Below are positions 11,038-21,063 of a DNA stretch of 50,265 nucleotides, in pieces (position 1 is the first letter of the stretch; every line of letters begins with the position of its first letter). Both the position numbers and the translations under genes were made by a program. The notes beneath the pieces are model-generated. The model was not told the DNA's origin. It saw only the letters and a program-made list of their open reading frames with translations, and searched no databases. This DNA is from an uncultured delta proteobacterium (GTDB taxonomy: Bacteria > Bdellovibrionota_C > UBA2361 > OMII01), in NCBI GenBank assembly GCA_903920005.1, contig CAIXKI010000098.1, positions 1 through 50,265 on the forward strand, given 5' to 3'.

Positions 11038-12519
11038 ATGACCGAGGTTCGGACACGTTTTGCGCCATCACCTACAGGCTTCCAGCACGTTGGAGGATTT
11101 CGTACTGCTTTTTACGCCTATCTGTTGGCCAAGCACTTTGGTGGCAAGTTCATTCTTCGAGTCGAGGATACTGACCGAGAGCGAACGGTTCCTGGCGCCA
11201 TTCGATTTGTGATTGAGGAGCTCAAGTGGTTCGGTATCGAACTCGACGAGGGGCCAAGCCGCGAAGATTTGAAAGCTTTGGGGGAGGATTGGGAAGGGGC
11301 GCCGGATATTGGAGGCCCATGTGGTCCCTACATTCAAAGCTTACGAATCTCTCGTTATAAAGAGGTCGCAGAGCAGCTCGTGGCCTCAGGGCATGCGTAC
11401 CGATGTGATTGTACGCCCGAGATGCTTGAGCGCGAGCGTAATGAGCAGATGGCCCGCAAGGAGTCTCCAGGGTACTCAGGTTATTGCCGTACAAGAAATG
11501 TACCGGCTGATAAACCGCACGTCATTCGGTTCAAGATGCCGACGAAGCGCTCCGTGAGCTTTGTCGATGCCATCCGTGGCAAGGTACAGTGGGACACCAT
11601 CCCGCTTCGCGATACCGTGCTCTTAAAGAGTGATGGGTTTCCGACATACCATCTTGCTGTTGTTGTTGATGACCATGACATGAAGATTACGCACGCGCTG
11701 CGAGGAATTGAGTGGCTCTCTTCAACGCCGATCCACCTTCTTCTCTATGAAGCTCTCGGTTGGGAGCCGGTTACCTTCGCGCATCTTCCAGTCATTAATG
11801 GAACTGATGGCAAGAAGCTTTCAAAGCGTCACAATGCTACGAATTCTAAAGAGCTTCGTGAGCAGGGGTACCTCGCCGAGGCGATCATGAATTTTGTGAC
11901 CTTAATCGGCTGGGCGCCAGGAGAGGGAAGCGACCAAGAGGTTTTTACGTGCGAGGAGTTAGTCCAGAAGTTCTCTCTAGCGGGAATAAATGAATCGAGT
12001 GGGGTGTTCGACCCTGTTAAGCTTCAATGGATGAACGGTCTCTACATCCGGAAGTTGCCGGTTGAAGAGTTCATCAAGCGCGCGCAGCCATTTCTTGAAA
12101 AAGAAGGCGTTGTCGTTCCTGCGGATCAATTTGCGGCGCTCGCGTCGCACGTTCAAGAGCGTGTGAAGACTCTGACTGAGGTTGGTGGCATGGTGGACTT
12201 CCTTATGGATAGGCCACTTGAGCGGCAGATGGATGCCATGCTTGGCAAGGGAATGGATAACGAGAAGGCTCGTCAGGTTTTGTTCCTCTCGCTTGAGCGA
12301 TTGGGCGCTCTTCCAGAGTTCACTACGGAGGTGATTGACCAAGCGTTACGAGGGGTTGCGACTGAGCTTGGGCTCAAACCGGGACCGGCGTTTGTGGCGC
12401 TCCGAATCGCGGTGACCGGTAAGACGATAACACCGCCTCTTTTTGAATCATTTGCAGTTCTTGGGAAGGATAAGGTATTATCCCGCGTCCGAGAAACGCT
12501 CGAATTGTTACCTAAGTAA
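11038..12519 (+). CDS. gltX: Glutamyl-tRNA synthetase
   Basis: VRTRFAPSPTG, HVGG (HIGH motif), LRVEDTD, PTYHLAVVVDD and KLSKR. Confidence 0.97.
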   Translation: MTEVRTRFAPSPTGFQHVGGFRTAFYAYLLAKHFGGKFILRVEDTDRERTVPGAIRFVIEELKWFGIELDEGPSREDLKALGEDWEGAPDIGGPCGPYIQSLRISRYKEVAEQLVASGHAYRCDCTPEMLERERNEQMARKESPGYSGYCRTRNVPADKPHVIRFKMPTKRSVSFVDAIRGKVQWDTIPLRDTVLLKSDGFPTYHLAVVVDDHDMKITHALRGIEWLSSTPIHLLLYEALGWEPVTFAHLPVINGTDGKKLSKRHNATNSKELREQGYLAEAIMNFVTLIGWAPGEGSDQEVFTCEELVQKFSLAGINESSGVFDPVKLQWMNGLYIRKLPVEEFIKRAQPFLEKEGVVVPADQFAALASHVQERVKTLTEVGGMVDFLMDRPLERQMDAMLGKGMDNEKARQVLFLSLERLGALPEFTTEVIDQALRGVATELGLKPGPAFVALRIAVTGKTITPPLFESFAVLGKDKVLSRVRETLELLPK

Positions 12520-12535
12520 TGAAGTAAAGGGTCGT

Positions 12536-13090
12536 ATGAAAGCTAAAGACGTTCGTAAGGGTACGGTAATCATCTACAAGAACACACTCCACAGTGTGAT
12601 GGATTTCCACCACCACACGCCGGGTAATCTTCGGGCGATGGTTCAGATCAAGCTTCGTAACTTGGTTAACGGGACTCAGGTAGAGCACCGTTTCAGTTCA
12701 ACTGAGGATATCGAGACAGCTGACGTGTTCCAGCAAAAAGGGACCTTCCTTTACTCGGACGCAAATGGCTTTCATTTCATGAATGCGGAGACCTTCGAAG
12801 AAGTTACCATCTCGCTCGAGATGATAGGTGACGGGCAGTACTACGTAAAAGAGGGCATGGAAGTTCAGCTCTCGATGCACGATGAGAACCCGATCGGTAT
12901 TCAGCTTCCACAAACCGTTAACCTTACTATTGTTGACACTGAGCCTGGTATCAAAGGCGCTACGGCGACTAACTCACCGAAGCCAGCTAAGACTGAGACG
13001 GGGCTTCAGCTCACCGTTCCTCAGTTTATCAATGTTGGGGACGAGATAATTGTTAAGACTGAGACAGGCGAATATTTTAGCCGAGCATAA
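12536..13090 (+). CDS. efp: Translation elongation factor P
   Basis: ATG 12536 (MKAKDVRKG...), loop TPGNLRA, FLYSD..FHFMN.ETFE, and KPAKTETGLQLTVPQFI..GD.I.V.T.TGEYFSRA. Confidence 0.96.
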   Translation: MKAKDVRKGTVIIYKNTLHSVMDFHHHTPGNLRAMVQIKLRNLVNGTQVEHRFSSTEDIETADVFQQKGTFLYSDANGFHFMNAETFEEVTISLEMIGDGQYYVKEGMEVQLSMHDENPIGIQLPQTVNLTIVDTEPGIKGATATNSPKPAKTETGLQLTVPQFINVGDEIIVKTETGEYFSRA

Positions 13091-13105
13091 CGTCGGAGAA
13101 TAATC

Positions 13106-13618
13106 ATGAAACGCCCTATGACCCCGCGTGGATATAACACGCTCCGATCCGAATTAATGAAGCTCAAGGCTATGCGCCCTGAGATAGCTCGCATGATCGA
13201 AGTGGCGCGGGGTCACGGCGATCTCTCAGAGAACGGCGACTATGATGCCGCGAAAGAGAAGTCAGGGATGACGGAGGCCAAGATTCGGGATATCGAAGCC
13301 CGTCTTGCGGTCGCGGAAATTATCGATCCGAGTAAGTTCGGCGGCCTGAACAGAGTTGTTTTCGGTTCAAGCGTCAAAATTGAGGACATCGATAGTGGTG
13401 AGAAAAAAGTGCTGAGCATCTACGGCGCTGAAGAGTCTGACATTGAGAAGGGGTGGATCTCGTTTGAGGCTCCCCTTGGAAAAGCTCTGATCGGAAAGGA
13501 AGAGGGGGACGTTGTAAAGGTTCCGCTTCCAGGTGGCGCGCGTGAGTATGAAGTTCTTGAGATCTTCGTAAGCTACGAGTACGCAGAGGTTGCCGTTGCG
13601 GAGGAGTCACAAGGGTAG
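13106..13618 (+). CDS. greA: Transcription elongation factor GreA
   Basis: ARGHGDLSENGDYDAAKE, VVFGSSV, and ISFEAPLGKALIGK.EGD.V.V.LPGG. Confidence 0.96.
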   Translation: MKRPMTPRGYNTLRSELMKLKAMRPEIARMIEVARGHGDLSENGDYDAAKEKSGMTEAKIRDIEARLAVAEIIDPSKFGGLNRVVFGSSVKIEDIDSGEKKVLSIYGAEESDIEKGWISFEAPLGKALIGKEEGDVVKVPLPGGAREYEVLEIFVSYEYAEVAVAEESQG

Positions 13619-13721
13619 GTCGGGAAGGCGGCGATAGGCCCCCAGCCCTATAACAGGGTGGTGGAAAATGAGTTCCTGTTGCACGTTCCGATGGTTTGCC
13701 TGCGACTCAGTTTGAACCGTC

Positions 13722-13767
13722 AAAAAAAATCGTTGGCGTATCTCACTGGGTACGCCTCCGGTTTTTT
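13722..13767. terminator. Long hairpin flanked by A and U tracts, possible bidirectional intrinsic terminator after gltX-efp-greA
   Basis: AAAAAAAAUCG-UU-GGCGUAUCU[CACU]GGGUACGCC-UC-CGGUUUUUU. Confidence 0.55.
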
Positions 13768-13922
13768 GCCAACTTCGCCTGGTATCGCAAAAGTCGTCAA
13801 ACCGGTCACGACGAACCCTTTTTGCACCACCCCACGAGGTTCGGGCTTTTGAGGTAGTGTCGTCGAGAGCCAAATATCGGCTTATTTCTAGCGTTTTTCG
13901 ATAGTTGTGATAGGCTCTCGTC

Positions 13923-15818
13923 GTGATTTCACAAGAGAGTATCGAGCGCGTAAAGACATCCGCCAACATCGTTGAGGTCGTCTCTGAGACGGTAAAACTC
14001 CGTCGTGCTGGGATGTATTACTCGGGCTTGTGTCCCTTCCATTCCGAGCGCTCGCCCTCCTTCTTCGTGAGAGAATCGACCAACAGTTACATATGTTACG
14101 GCTGCGGCGCGTCGGGTAACGTCATCTCCTTTGTAATGGCCATGCGGGCGATGACCTTTCCTGACGCGGTTGAATATCTCGCGAGTCGTTCTGGTATAGA
14201 ACTAAAGTATGAGAATACGAAACGAGCGGGACCCTCGATTGACCGTGAGAAGCTCTTCGATGTGTGTCGCGTAGCGCACCTCTTTTTTAGGAAATCTCTG
14301 CTTGAAGTAAAGAACGGGCAGGGTGAGTTTAAGAAAGTGGGAGAGTATCTAAAGAAACGCGGGCTCACCGCTGACGCGATCAATGAATTTGGAATCGGAT
14401 ATAGTCCTAATCAACGCGGTGTATTGATCGACGTTCTCAAGCAGAACGGCGTAAACGAAGAGACGATGCTTCAATCGGGACTCGTACGTCGCAGCGCTGG
14501 AGGCGATCTCTACGAACTATTTCGAGGACGACTCCTTTTTCCGATCTTCGTTGATTCGAAACGCATCGCGGGATTTGGTGGGCGCATCGTTCCCGGCGTG
14601 ATGGAGCCGTCATATGAAGATCAGTCGCCAAAGTACGTAAACTCCCCTGAGACGCCCATATACCAAAAAAGTCGGACGATCTTCGGCCTACCCCAAGCGA
14701 TGAGCGCCATTCGTGAGCTGGGTGAAGTGTATATCGTGGAAGGGTATATGGATGTCGTTGGGCTCGGTATGCGTGGGGTTCGCAACGTTGTCGCGTGCTG
14801 TGGTACGGCTATGACGGAACAACACGTCAAGCGGCTTGCTGGGGTGTGTAATCGCGTGCATCTCCTTTTTGATGGAGACACCGCGGGCCGGGGCGCCGCG
14901 GCTAAGTCCTTTACGGTCGCGCGTAATGCTGAGGTCGATATCACCGCGTGCTTCCTCCCTGATGAGATTGACCCGGATGATTTTGCGAAACTGAATGGGG
15001 ACAAAACCACGGATGCGTTACAATCCCTTCCTAAGGCGGAGCTTATCGATGTGTATATCGACGGGCTTCTCACCCGATACGGATGTTCTGAGAACGAGAA
15101 GCCAGGACCGAACCTTTTAGGAAAAGTCTGTGATGAAGCGGCAAAGGCTCTTGCCGGTGTTGAGCGAGAGGTTGTGAAATCCGGACTTGTCACGAGGGCC
15201 GCCCGTCGGCTTGGCGTGGAAACGAAACAGCTTGAGAAGCTTATCCTCGCCTCTTCGAAGGGGAAAATCTCAGCGGTTGAATCTAAACCAATGGATACGA
15301 AACCCTCGGTAACAAGCGGACCGGCTGCCGAGCGGAAGCCAGGAGCGATGCGAGGCCTTGAGAGCCTCCCTCGAATTGATCTCGATATCTTGCGAAGCGT
15401 TATGGTTGAGAAGGAGGTTCTCCTCGTTCAGCTTCTTAAGACCCCCGAGATGTGCGAGGGGCTCCAGCCCGAGACTCTACGGTTCGCTACAGTTTTTAGT
15501 GAGCTGCTTCGGGAATCACCGGACGATGAGGAGCATCAGCGCCTGTCCACTAAGGAGCTTTTACAGTCCTTGGGGCCGGCATGGGTGTCGCTCTGGAAGG
15601 AGGCCTATAAGATGGTGGAGGCAGGCGTAAGTATGCGAGACCTGTACCAAGAAAGTCGACTTGCTCTCCGCCGGGGTAAGTTAAAAGGGCTGCTTGCGGA
15701 CTGTCAAAGGGAGCTTCTTGAAGGGGGGCTTGGGGCAGAAGAGCAGCTTCAGGTGTCCGAGCGGATAAGAACCCTAAAGAACCAGATGGATAGCGTCGGC
15801 CGGGGGGTGGACCTCTAG
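13923..15818 (+). CDS. dnaG: DNA primase
   Basis: GTG start, Zn finger CPFH...CYGC, FRGRLLFPI, PKYVNSPET, TOPRIM motifs VEGYMDV, FDGD.AG and DPDD. Lies upstream of rpoD. Confidence 0.97.
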   Translation: MISQESIERVKTSANIVEVVSETVKLRRAGMYYSGLCPFHSERSPSFFVRESTNSYICYGCGASGNVISFVMAMRAMTFPDAVEYLASRSGIELKYENTKRAGPSIDREKLFDVCRVAHLFFRKSLLEVKNGQGEFKKVGEYLKKRGLTADAINEFGIGYSPNQRGVLIDVLKQNGVNEETMLQSGLVRRSAGGDLYELFRGRLLFPIFVDSKRIAGFGGRIVPGVMEPSYEDQSPKYVNSPETPIYQKSRTIFGLPQAMSAIRELGEVYIVEGYMDVVGLGMRGVRNVVACCGTAMTEQHVKRLAGVCNRVHLLFDGDTAGRGAAAKSFTVARNAEVDITACFLPDEIDPDDFAKLNGDKTTDALQSLPKAELIDVYIDGLLTRYGCSENEKPGPNLLGKVCDEAAKALAGVEREVVKSGLVTRAARRLGVETKQLEKLILASSKGKISAVESKPMDTKPSVTSGPAAERKPGAMRGLESLPRIDLDILRSVMVEKEVLLVQLLKTPEMCEGLQPETLRFATVFSELLRESPDDEEHQRLSTKELLQSLGPAWVSLWKEAYKMVEAGVSMRDLYQESRLALRRGKLKGLLADCQRELLEGGLGAEEQLQVSERIRTLKNQMDSVGRGVDL

Positions 15819-16030
15819 GCCCTAAATAGTTAGTATCCCACGATCCTTTCTTGTAAGTGTTGTAAGGGAAGGTGTGTCCCACGCAAAGTGTGACTGGCGA
15901 TAGTCGCGGTTGCTTGGAGTGGGAAGAGTTCAGTTTTTGATCGCGGACGCGTGCGCGCTCGATGGGCCGCATGTGTATCGCACACAGAGATCGTTTCAAT
16001 ACGATCATGTCTAGTACACGTGGAGTTGCG

Positions 16031-18388
16031 GTGGTGGTTCGAAAGAAAAGTGGAGCAAGCCGGGGAAAAGTTCTTCGAAAAGCTGGAAGTAAGCCGAAAG
16101 CTAAAGGCGCTCTCAAAAAGGGACTCAAGAAAAATATCTCAAAGCGATTGAAGACCCGAAATGTTCGCGTGACTCTTAAGAAAGATTCGACGCTCAAGGC
16201 GGCTGCCCGTGAGCGACTAAATCGTTCTGCCGCACAGGCTCGCGGAGAGCAGGTAGCGCCGCTCCCTCCGAAGAAGGGGAAGGAAAAGGAAAAAACGATT
16301 GCGCCGATAGTCACATCTGGCTCCGCGGCAAAGAAGCTGGCTCCCGTGCCTGCAGTTGAAAAGCACATCGCGAAGCCACTTACGAAGCCGATCACAAAAC
16401 CGCTTACAAAAGAGCCCCGTAAGGGTCGTGATGGTGAGAAGGAGGGGATGGATCGAGATCTCGTTGTTGCGGATCTTGACGATGGTTTGCAGGAGTTGAC
16501 CGGGTTTGAGGTGAGCGTTGAAGCTGACCTTGGGGATATCGATAGCGCGATTGATCTTAAAGAGCGTGGAGACATCGAGAGCCGAATCAATCGTCTCCTT
16601 GAGGTTGGAAAGGAGAAGGGATACCTCACGATGGATGAGGTCAATGAAGCTCTCGCGGGAGAGGTAATGTCAGAGGACCAGGTTGATGAAGTGATCGCTA
16701 TGTTCGGCGAGCACGATATTGACATCATCGAGGCTCCCGCTGATTCGCGTGAAGATGATTCAGAAGCGCCCGCGGGAATTGAGCCACCGGCAGAGGTAAT
16801 CGACGCGGGCTCGCTAGGACGTAGTACCGATCCTGTCCGGCAATACCTTCGCGAAATGGGTAACGTGAGTCTCCTTACTCGAGAGGGTGAGGTTGAGATC
16901 GCGAAGCGAATAGAGTCCGGTCTTCTCGCCGTTCGGGAGCAGCTCCTGAAGCAGCCACTCTCTCTTGAGTACGTGGTTACTCTCTTCGACATGGTAAAGG
17001 ATGATAAGATCCGCCTACGAGATCTCTTCGCTGAGGACGACGCTGAGCCGGAGTCTGATAAGGAGGAGGAAGAGGAGGAAGAGCCGAAATTCGACGAGGA
17101 CGGTCAGGAGATCGGTCCGAAGCCCACCCCCCAAAACGAAGAAGATGAGCAGCAGAAGAAGAAGTTCCTCGCCAAAGCTACTCCATACCGTAAGTCTCTC
17201 AAGGACACCAAGACTCTTTACGAGGAGCTCATGGAGCTTCCGGTTGAGAAGCGAATGGAGTCGGATCGCGAGAAGAAGTTTCAGAAGATCTTGTCCAAGA
17301 ACGCGGTGAAGATTGAGGAGCTAAACCTCAACCAGAAGCAGTTCCACAAGATGATTCAGTTGGTGAAGGATGCGGATGAGGAGTGTCGCGCAATCCTTCG
17401 AGGGATTGATGGCGCCGCGCGAAAGCTGGGCACCACATCCGATGAGCTCGTTGATTCGTTAAGTGATCTTCTATCGCAGGACCAGGTCGCCGTTAAGCGC
17501 GCGGGTAAGCGATTGAAGCTGAAGAGCACTGAGCTTAAGCACTGGGAAGAGCCGCTTCGACGAGCCCTTGGAACAACTAAGGGGCTTGAAGAGCGAGTGA
17601 TGATGAGTCTCTCTCGATTCGGTGACAGTATCCGCATCCTCAAGGATGGAGAGGTGCGCGCTCGCTTGGCGAAGGATCAGCTGATTGAGGCGAATCTTCG
17701 TCTCGTTGTGTCGATCGCTAAGAAGTATACAAACCGCGGGCTTCAATTCCTTGACCTCATTCAGGAGGGAAACATCGGCTTGATGAAAGCGGTTGATAAG
17801 TTCGAGTATCAACGAGGGTACAAGTTCTCGACCTACGCGACGTGGTGGATTCGCCAAGCGATTACCCGTGCGATTGCGGACCAGGCGCGAATCATTCGTA
17901 TCCCCGTGCACATGATCGAGACGATCAACAAGCTCGTTCGAACATCTCGACAGCTTGTACAGGAGCTTGGTCGTGAGCCGACTCCTGAAGAGATCGCTTT
18001 GAAAATGGAGATTCCGATCGATAAGGTTCGCAAGGTCCTTAAAATCGCGAAGGAGCCAATCTCCCTTGAGACACCGATCGGAGAGGAGGAGGATTCTCAT
18101 CTCGGAGATTTCATCGAAGATAAGCGTGTCGTGTCGCCCGCTAACGCTGTAGTGAACATGAACTTGCAGGAGCAAACCCGAAAAGTTCTCGCGACCCTCA
18201 CTCCACGAGAAGAGAAGGTTCTTCGTATGCGTTTTGGAATCGGAGAGAAGAGCGATCATACTCTTGAGGAGGTGGGCCAAAACTTCGATGTTACTCGCGA
18301 GCGTATTCGACAGATCGAGGCGAAGGCTCTTAGAAAGCTCCGCCATCCGAGTCGTAGTAAGCGTCTCCGTGGTTTCATGGATAAGTAA
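16031..18388 (+). CDS. rpoD: RNA polymerase primary sigma factor (sigma70) with a Lys-rich N-terminal extension. Start approximate (ORF open from 15962, GGAG + GTG at 16031/16034)
   Basis: [62 protein letters not shown], and region 4 [27 protein letters not shown]. Confidence 0.98.
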   Translation: MVVRKKSGASRGKVLRKAGSKPKAKGALKKGLKKNISKRLKTRNVRVTLKKDSTLKAAARERLNRSAAQARGEQVAPLPPKKGKEKEKTIAPIVTSGSAAKKLAPVPAVEKHIAKPLTKPITKPLTKEPRKGRDGEKEGMDRDLVVADLDDGLQELTGFEVSVEADLGDIDSAIDLKERGDIESRINRLLEVGKEKGYLTMDEVNEALAGEVMSEDQVDEVIAMFGEHDIDIIEAPADSREDDSEAPAGIEPPAEVIDAGSLGRSTDPVRQYLREMGNVSLLTREGEVEIAKRIESGLLAVREQLLKQPLSLEYVVTLFDMVKDDKIRLRDLFAEDDAEPESDKEEEEEEEPKFDEDGQEIGPKPTPQNEEDEQQKKKFLAKATPYRKSLKDTKTLYEELMELPVEKRMESDREKKFQKILSKNAVKIEELNLNQKQFHKMIQLVKDADEECRAILRGIDGAARKLGTTSDELVDSLSDLLSQDQVAVKRAGKRLKLKSTELKHWEEPLRRALGTTKGLEERVMMSLSRFGDSIRILKDGEVRARLAKDQLIEANLRLVVSIAKKYTNRGLQFLDLIQEGNIGLMKAVDKFEYQRGYKFSTYATWWIRQAITRAIADQARIIRIPVHMIETINKLVRTSRQLVQELGREPTPEEIALKMEIPIDKVRKVLKIAKEPISLETPIGEEEDSHLGDFIEDKRVVSPANAVVNMNLQEQTRKVLATLTPREEKVLRMRFGIGEKSDHTLEEVGQNFDVTRERIRQIEAKALRKLRHPSRSKRLRGFMDK

Positions 18389-18391
18389 TAA

Positions 18392-19021
18392 ATGACTCTG
18401 AATAAGAGATCTCTTATCGCTGTAGTGGTGTTTATTTCGGGCTGTGGTCGTTTTAAGCCACCACTCCCGCCTGAGATGTTCGCGCCGAAGCCGCCTGAAG
18501 CGCTTGTGGTTACGCCAAGTTCCCAAGGTGTAGGATTTTCCTGGGTAGCCTCCGACGAGGATATGCAAGGCAAGGAGCTCAAGTATTCGGGCGGTTTTAA
18601 TGTTGAGCGTAAAACCATTGCGCAGCGGGGAGACGAGACCAATCCCGATGTTCGTTTCGAAAAGATCGGATTTATACAGGACAAACACGTCACGGTGAGA
18701 GAGGAGCTGCGTAAAGCGGCCCGCGCCGAGGGTAAGATCGGCCGAACGATTGAGGCCCCATCTTCGATGATGGATTTCGTGTACCTCGACAAGACCGTAG
18801 TGAACGGGGCTACCTATATCTACCAGATCGTTCCGGTAAATCAGAGGAACGTTGAAGGAGGTATCGCCGAGGTCATCCGAGTAATTTTCAAGGGGAGCGA
18901 GAGCGATGTTACTCGACTCTCCGCTCTGGATGTTCCTGAGGATGCCAACCAGGTGGGCAAGACTCCGGGAGCCAGCGGGCCAGTAACGGTTGGCGCGACC
19001 CCAGCGCCAAAGGTTAATTAG
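18392..19021 (+). CDS. Lipoprotein with a fibronectin type III-like domain
   Basis: Lipobox ISGC then GRFKPPLPP. FnIII-like pattern P..L.V....V.FSW ... GFNVER ... YLD.TV.NG.TY.Y.I.PVN. Confidence 0.75.
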   Translation: MTLNKRSLIAVVVFISGCGRFKPPLPPEMFAPKPPEALVVTPSSQGVGFSWVASDEDMQGKELKYSGGFNVERKTIAQRGDETNPDVRFEKIGFIQDKHVTVREELRKAARAEGKIGRTIEAPSSMMDFVYLDKTVVNGATYIYQIVPVNQRNVEGGIAEVIRVIFKGSESDVTRLSALDVPEDANQVGKTPGASGPVTVGATPAPKVN

Positions 19022-19155
19022 CTGGCTTGGGCTGAGACCGCTGAAAATCATGCGCGGGTCGGAGTTCCTTTGATTTTTAAAAAACGGCGCGGTACCGTTC
19101 TGATCTCGCGTTTCGATGCCTGTAAAAAGGCATCCGCTTGATAAGGAATCGACAC

Positions 19156-20043
19156 ATGACACCCCATTCTCTCGCTCTCAAAGGGATTTTTACAGCTCTT
19201 GTTACCCCTTTTTCAAAAGATGGCAGCGCCGTCGACTACGACTCATTGTCTCGTCTGATAGAGGCTCAGAAGTCGGCAGGAGTCGCGGGGGTGGTGGTGT
19301 GCGGTTCGACCGGGGAGGCGGCCACGTTGAGTGATGCCGAGTACGTCGAGGTGGTTCGATTTGTGAGAGAGCGCACCCAGGGGGTGTTTCCGTGTGTGGC
19401 TGGTATCTCCGTGAGCGCAACCGCTCGTGCAGTAGAGCTCGCGAAGATCTGCGCTGAGATGGGATGCGATGGTATTCTCGTGGCGACACCGCCGTACAAC
19501 AAGCCTGCCCAGGCTGGTATTGTGGCGCACTTCAGGGCCATCAGTGTAGTGAGTGAAACTCCACTTATTGCCTATAACATTCCCGGGCGGAGCGGTGTCG
19601 CGATAGCACCTGCGACGCTTGGCCAATTGAGCCGTGAAGGATTAATCGTTGGTATCAAGGAATCCTCGGGTTCAATCGATGCTCTTGCCGATACGATGGT
19701 AGCGGTAACGTCCGATTGTCGGGTCGTCTCGGGGGATGATTCTCTTCTTCTTGCGACACTTGCGTATGGTGGAACTGGCGCTATCTCCGCATGCTCTAAT
19801 GTTATGCCGAAGGAGTTCGTGGGTCTTCATCAAGCCTTCGTGAAGGGGGAGTGCTCCAAAGCGAAAGATATTCAGCTAGAGGTCCTTGGACGGATCAGGA
19901 CCCTTTTCGTTGAGTCGAATCCGGTGCCGGTCAAGGCCGTGCTTGCGCTTAAGGGCGTCATCGCGCATCCAACAGTTCGCTTGCCGTTGGTTCCTCTTGC
20001 GCCTGAAAATCTTGAGCGGGTTCGTAAGGAGTTTTCCGTATGA
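19156..20043 (+). CDS. dapA: 4-hydroxy-tetrahydrodipicolinate synthase
   Basis: GIFTALVTPF, CGSTGEAATLS, PPYNKP, YNIPGRS, GIKESSG, SGDD and ESNPVPVK. AAGGA precedes ATG 19156. Confidence 0.96.
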   Translation: MTPHSLALKGIFTALVTPFSKDGSAVDYDSLSRLIEAQKSAGVAGVVVCGSTGEAATLSDAEYVEVVRFVRERTQGVFPCVAGISVSATARAVELAKICAEMGCDGILVATPPYNKPAQAGIVAHFRAISVVSETPLIAYNIPGRSGVAIAPATLGQLSREGLIVGIKESSGSIDALADTMVAVTSDCRVVSGDDSLLLATLAYGGTGAISACSNVMPKEFVGLHQAFVKGECSKAKDIQLEVLGRIRTLFVESNPVPVKAVLALKGVIAHPTVRLPLVPLAPENLERVRKEFSV

Positions 20044-20804
20044 GGCGTATAGCGGTTGTTGGAGCAAGTGGACGGACAGGATCGAAGGTAGTTTCTACGC
20101 TCGTGTCTGACGCGCAAGGTGTTTTATCTGCCGCTATCGTTTCGCCATCATCTAAGGTGCTTGGACAAAAGGTTGATGGAAGTAGCGTCTTGTATTCTAG
20201 CGATCTTGAGATCCTTCAGGCGTGTGATGGGGTAATTGAATTTTCAACTCCAGAGGTTTCGGCTCTGGTGGCTGAAGTATGCGTGAAATACCGCAAGCCG
20301 CTCTTGATCGCGACGACCGGGCATACGATTGAGCAACGAGATACCCTTGTGGCAAGCGCTCGGAGTATTCCGCTGTGTATCGCCGCAAACACCTCGATAG
20401 GAGCCACGGCCCTCGCGATGGCGGCTCGCTACCTCAAAAAACTTCTCGGTGAAACCTTTGATGTTGAGGTGATGGAGATGCATCACCGGATGAAGAAAGA
20501 TGCCCCCTCTGGAACTGCCCAAGCGGTCTTGAAAGGACTCTCTGAGAGCTCAGATCGGATAGTTTTTGGGCGGGAAGGAGAGCGCCGTGCGGGAGAAGTG
20601 GGTGTTGTATCGTTGCGGGGTGGTGATGTGCCCGGCGACCACACTGTATATTTTCTCGGAGAAGGGGAGCGTGTAGAGGTTACCCATCGGGCCCAAAATC
20701 GGGAGATATTTGGGCGCGGCGCTGTCGTTTTGATGTGTCGTTTGCTTGAGCTTCCACCGGGGTTTTATTCTGTGCAGGAGCTTCTTTTGAGCGGCGCGGA
20801 GTAG
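20040..20804 (+). CDS. dapB: 4-hydroxy-tetrahydrodipicolinate reductase
   Basis: GASGRTG, ATTG, EMHHRMKKDAPSGTA, SLRGGDVPGDHTV and THRA..R.IF.RGA. ATGA overlap with dapA. Confidence 0.96.
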   Translation: MRRIAVVGASGRTGSKVVSTLVSDAQGVLSAAIVSPSSKVLGQKVDGSSVLYSSDLEILQACDGVIEFSTPEVSALVAEVCVKYRKPLLIATTGHTIEQRDTLVASARSIPLCIAANTSIGATALAMAARYLKKLLGETFDVEVMEMHHRMKKDAPSGTAQAVLKGLSESSDRIVFGREGERRAGEVGVVSLRGGDVPGDHTVYFLGEGERVEVTHRAQNREIFGRGAVVLMCRLLELPPGFYSVQELLLSGAE

Positions 20805-20905
20805 CTTGTGCGCTGTTCGCACCCTGTCCTTGCGCATGCGTCAATCCTATTTCTTGCAGGGTGGCGAGGACGACACGTCATTGAAAAGCTATTAAAAATA
20901 GTACG

Positions 20906-20934
20906 TTGCGTTTTGGGGATCCCCCTGTTATACA
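20906..20934 (+). promoter_or_regulatory. Putative sigma70 promoter of the IclR gene (TTGCGT-17 bp-TATACA, extended TG)
   Basis: Canonical spacing, TGn before the -10 box and an AT-rich tract upstream. The -10 box lacks the final T. Confidence 0.4.
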
Positions 20935-21063
20935 CGCCAAAGAGGGCTATAGAACGTCATTGTGATAACGCACTTTGATTGTCAAAGCCTCCGCTAAGGG
21001 CGATAAGGCGTTTGTTTTGCCTTCCCGGCGACAACACGATTACCAGTCAGGAATGTACACATT

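Noticed and set aside
12443-12535. Upstream-extended starts in the ORF track (efp 12443, also dapA 19138, nuoC 24002, nuoD 24672, nuoJ 29180, nuoL 30246, lipoprotein 35124, MDR 49026)
   Set aside because: The extensions overlap neighbouring genes or lack family similarity. Downstream ATGs fit family N-termini or SD positions better.
19022-19155. Lysine riboswitch upstream of dapA
   Set aside because: The region is too short and lacks the AGAGGNGC start and other L-box landmarks.
15550-19162. Long - strand ORFs (480 aa and 563 aa) antisense to dnaG/rpoD
   Set aside because: Shadow frames of a highly conserved, codon-biased gene. They have odd composition and no recognisable motifs.
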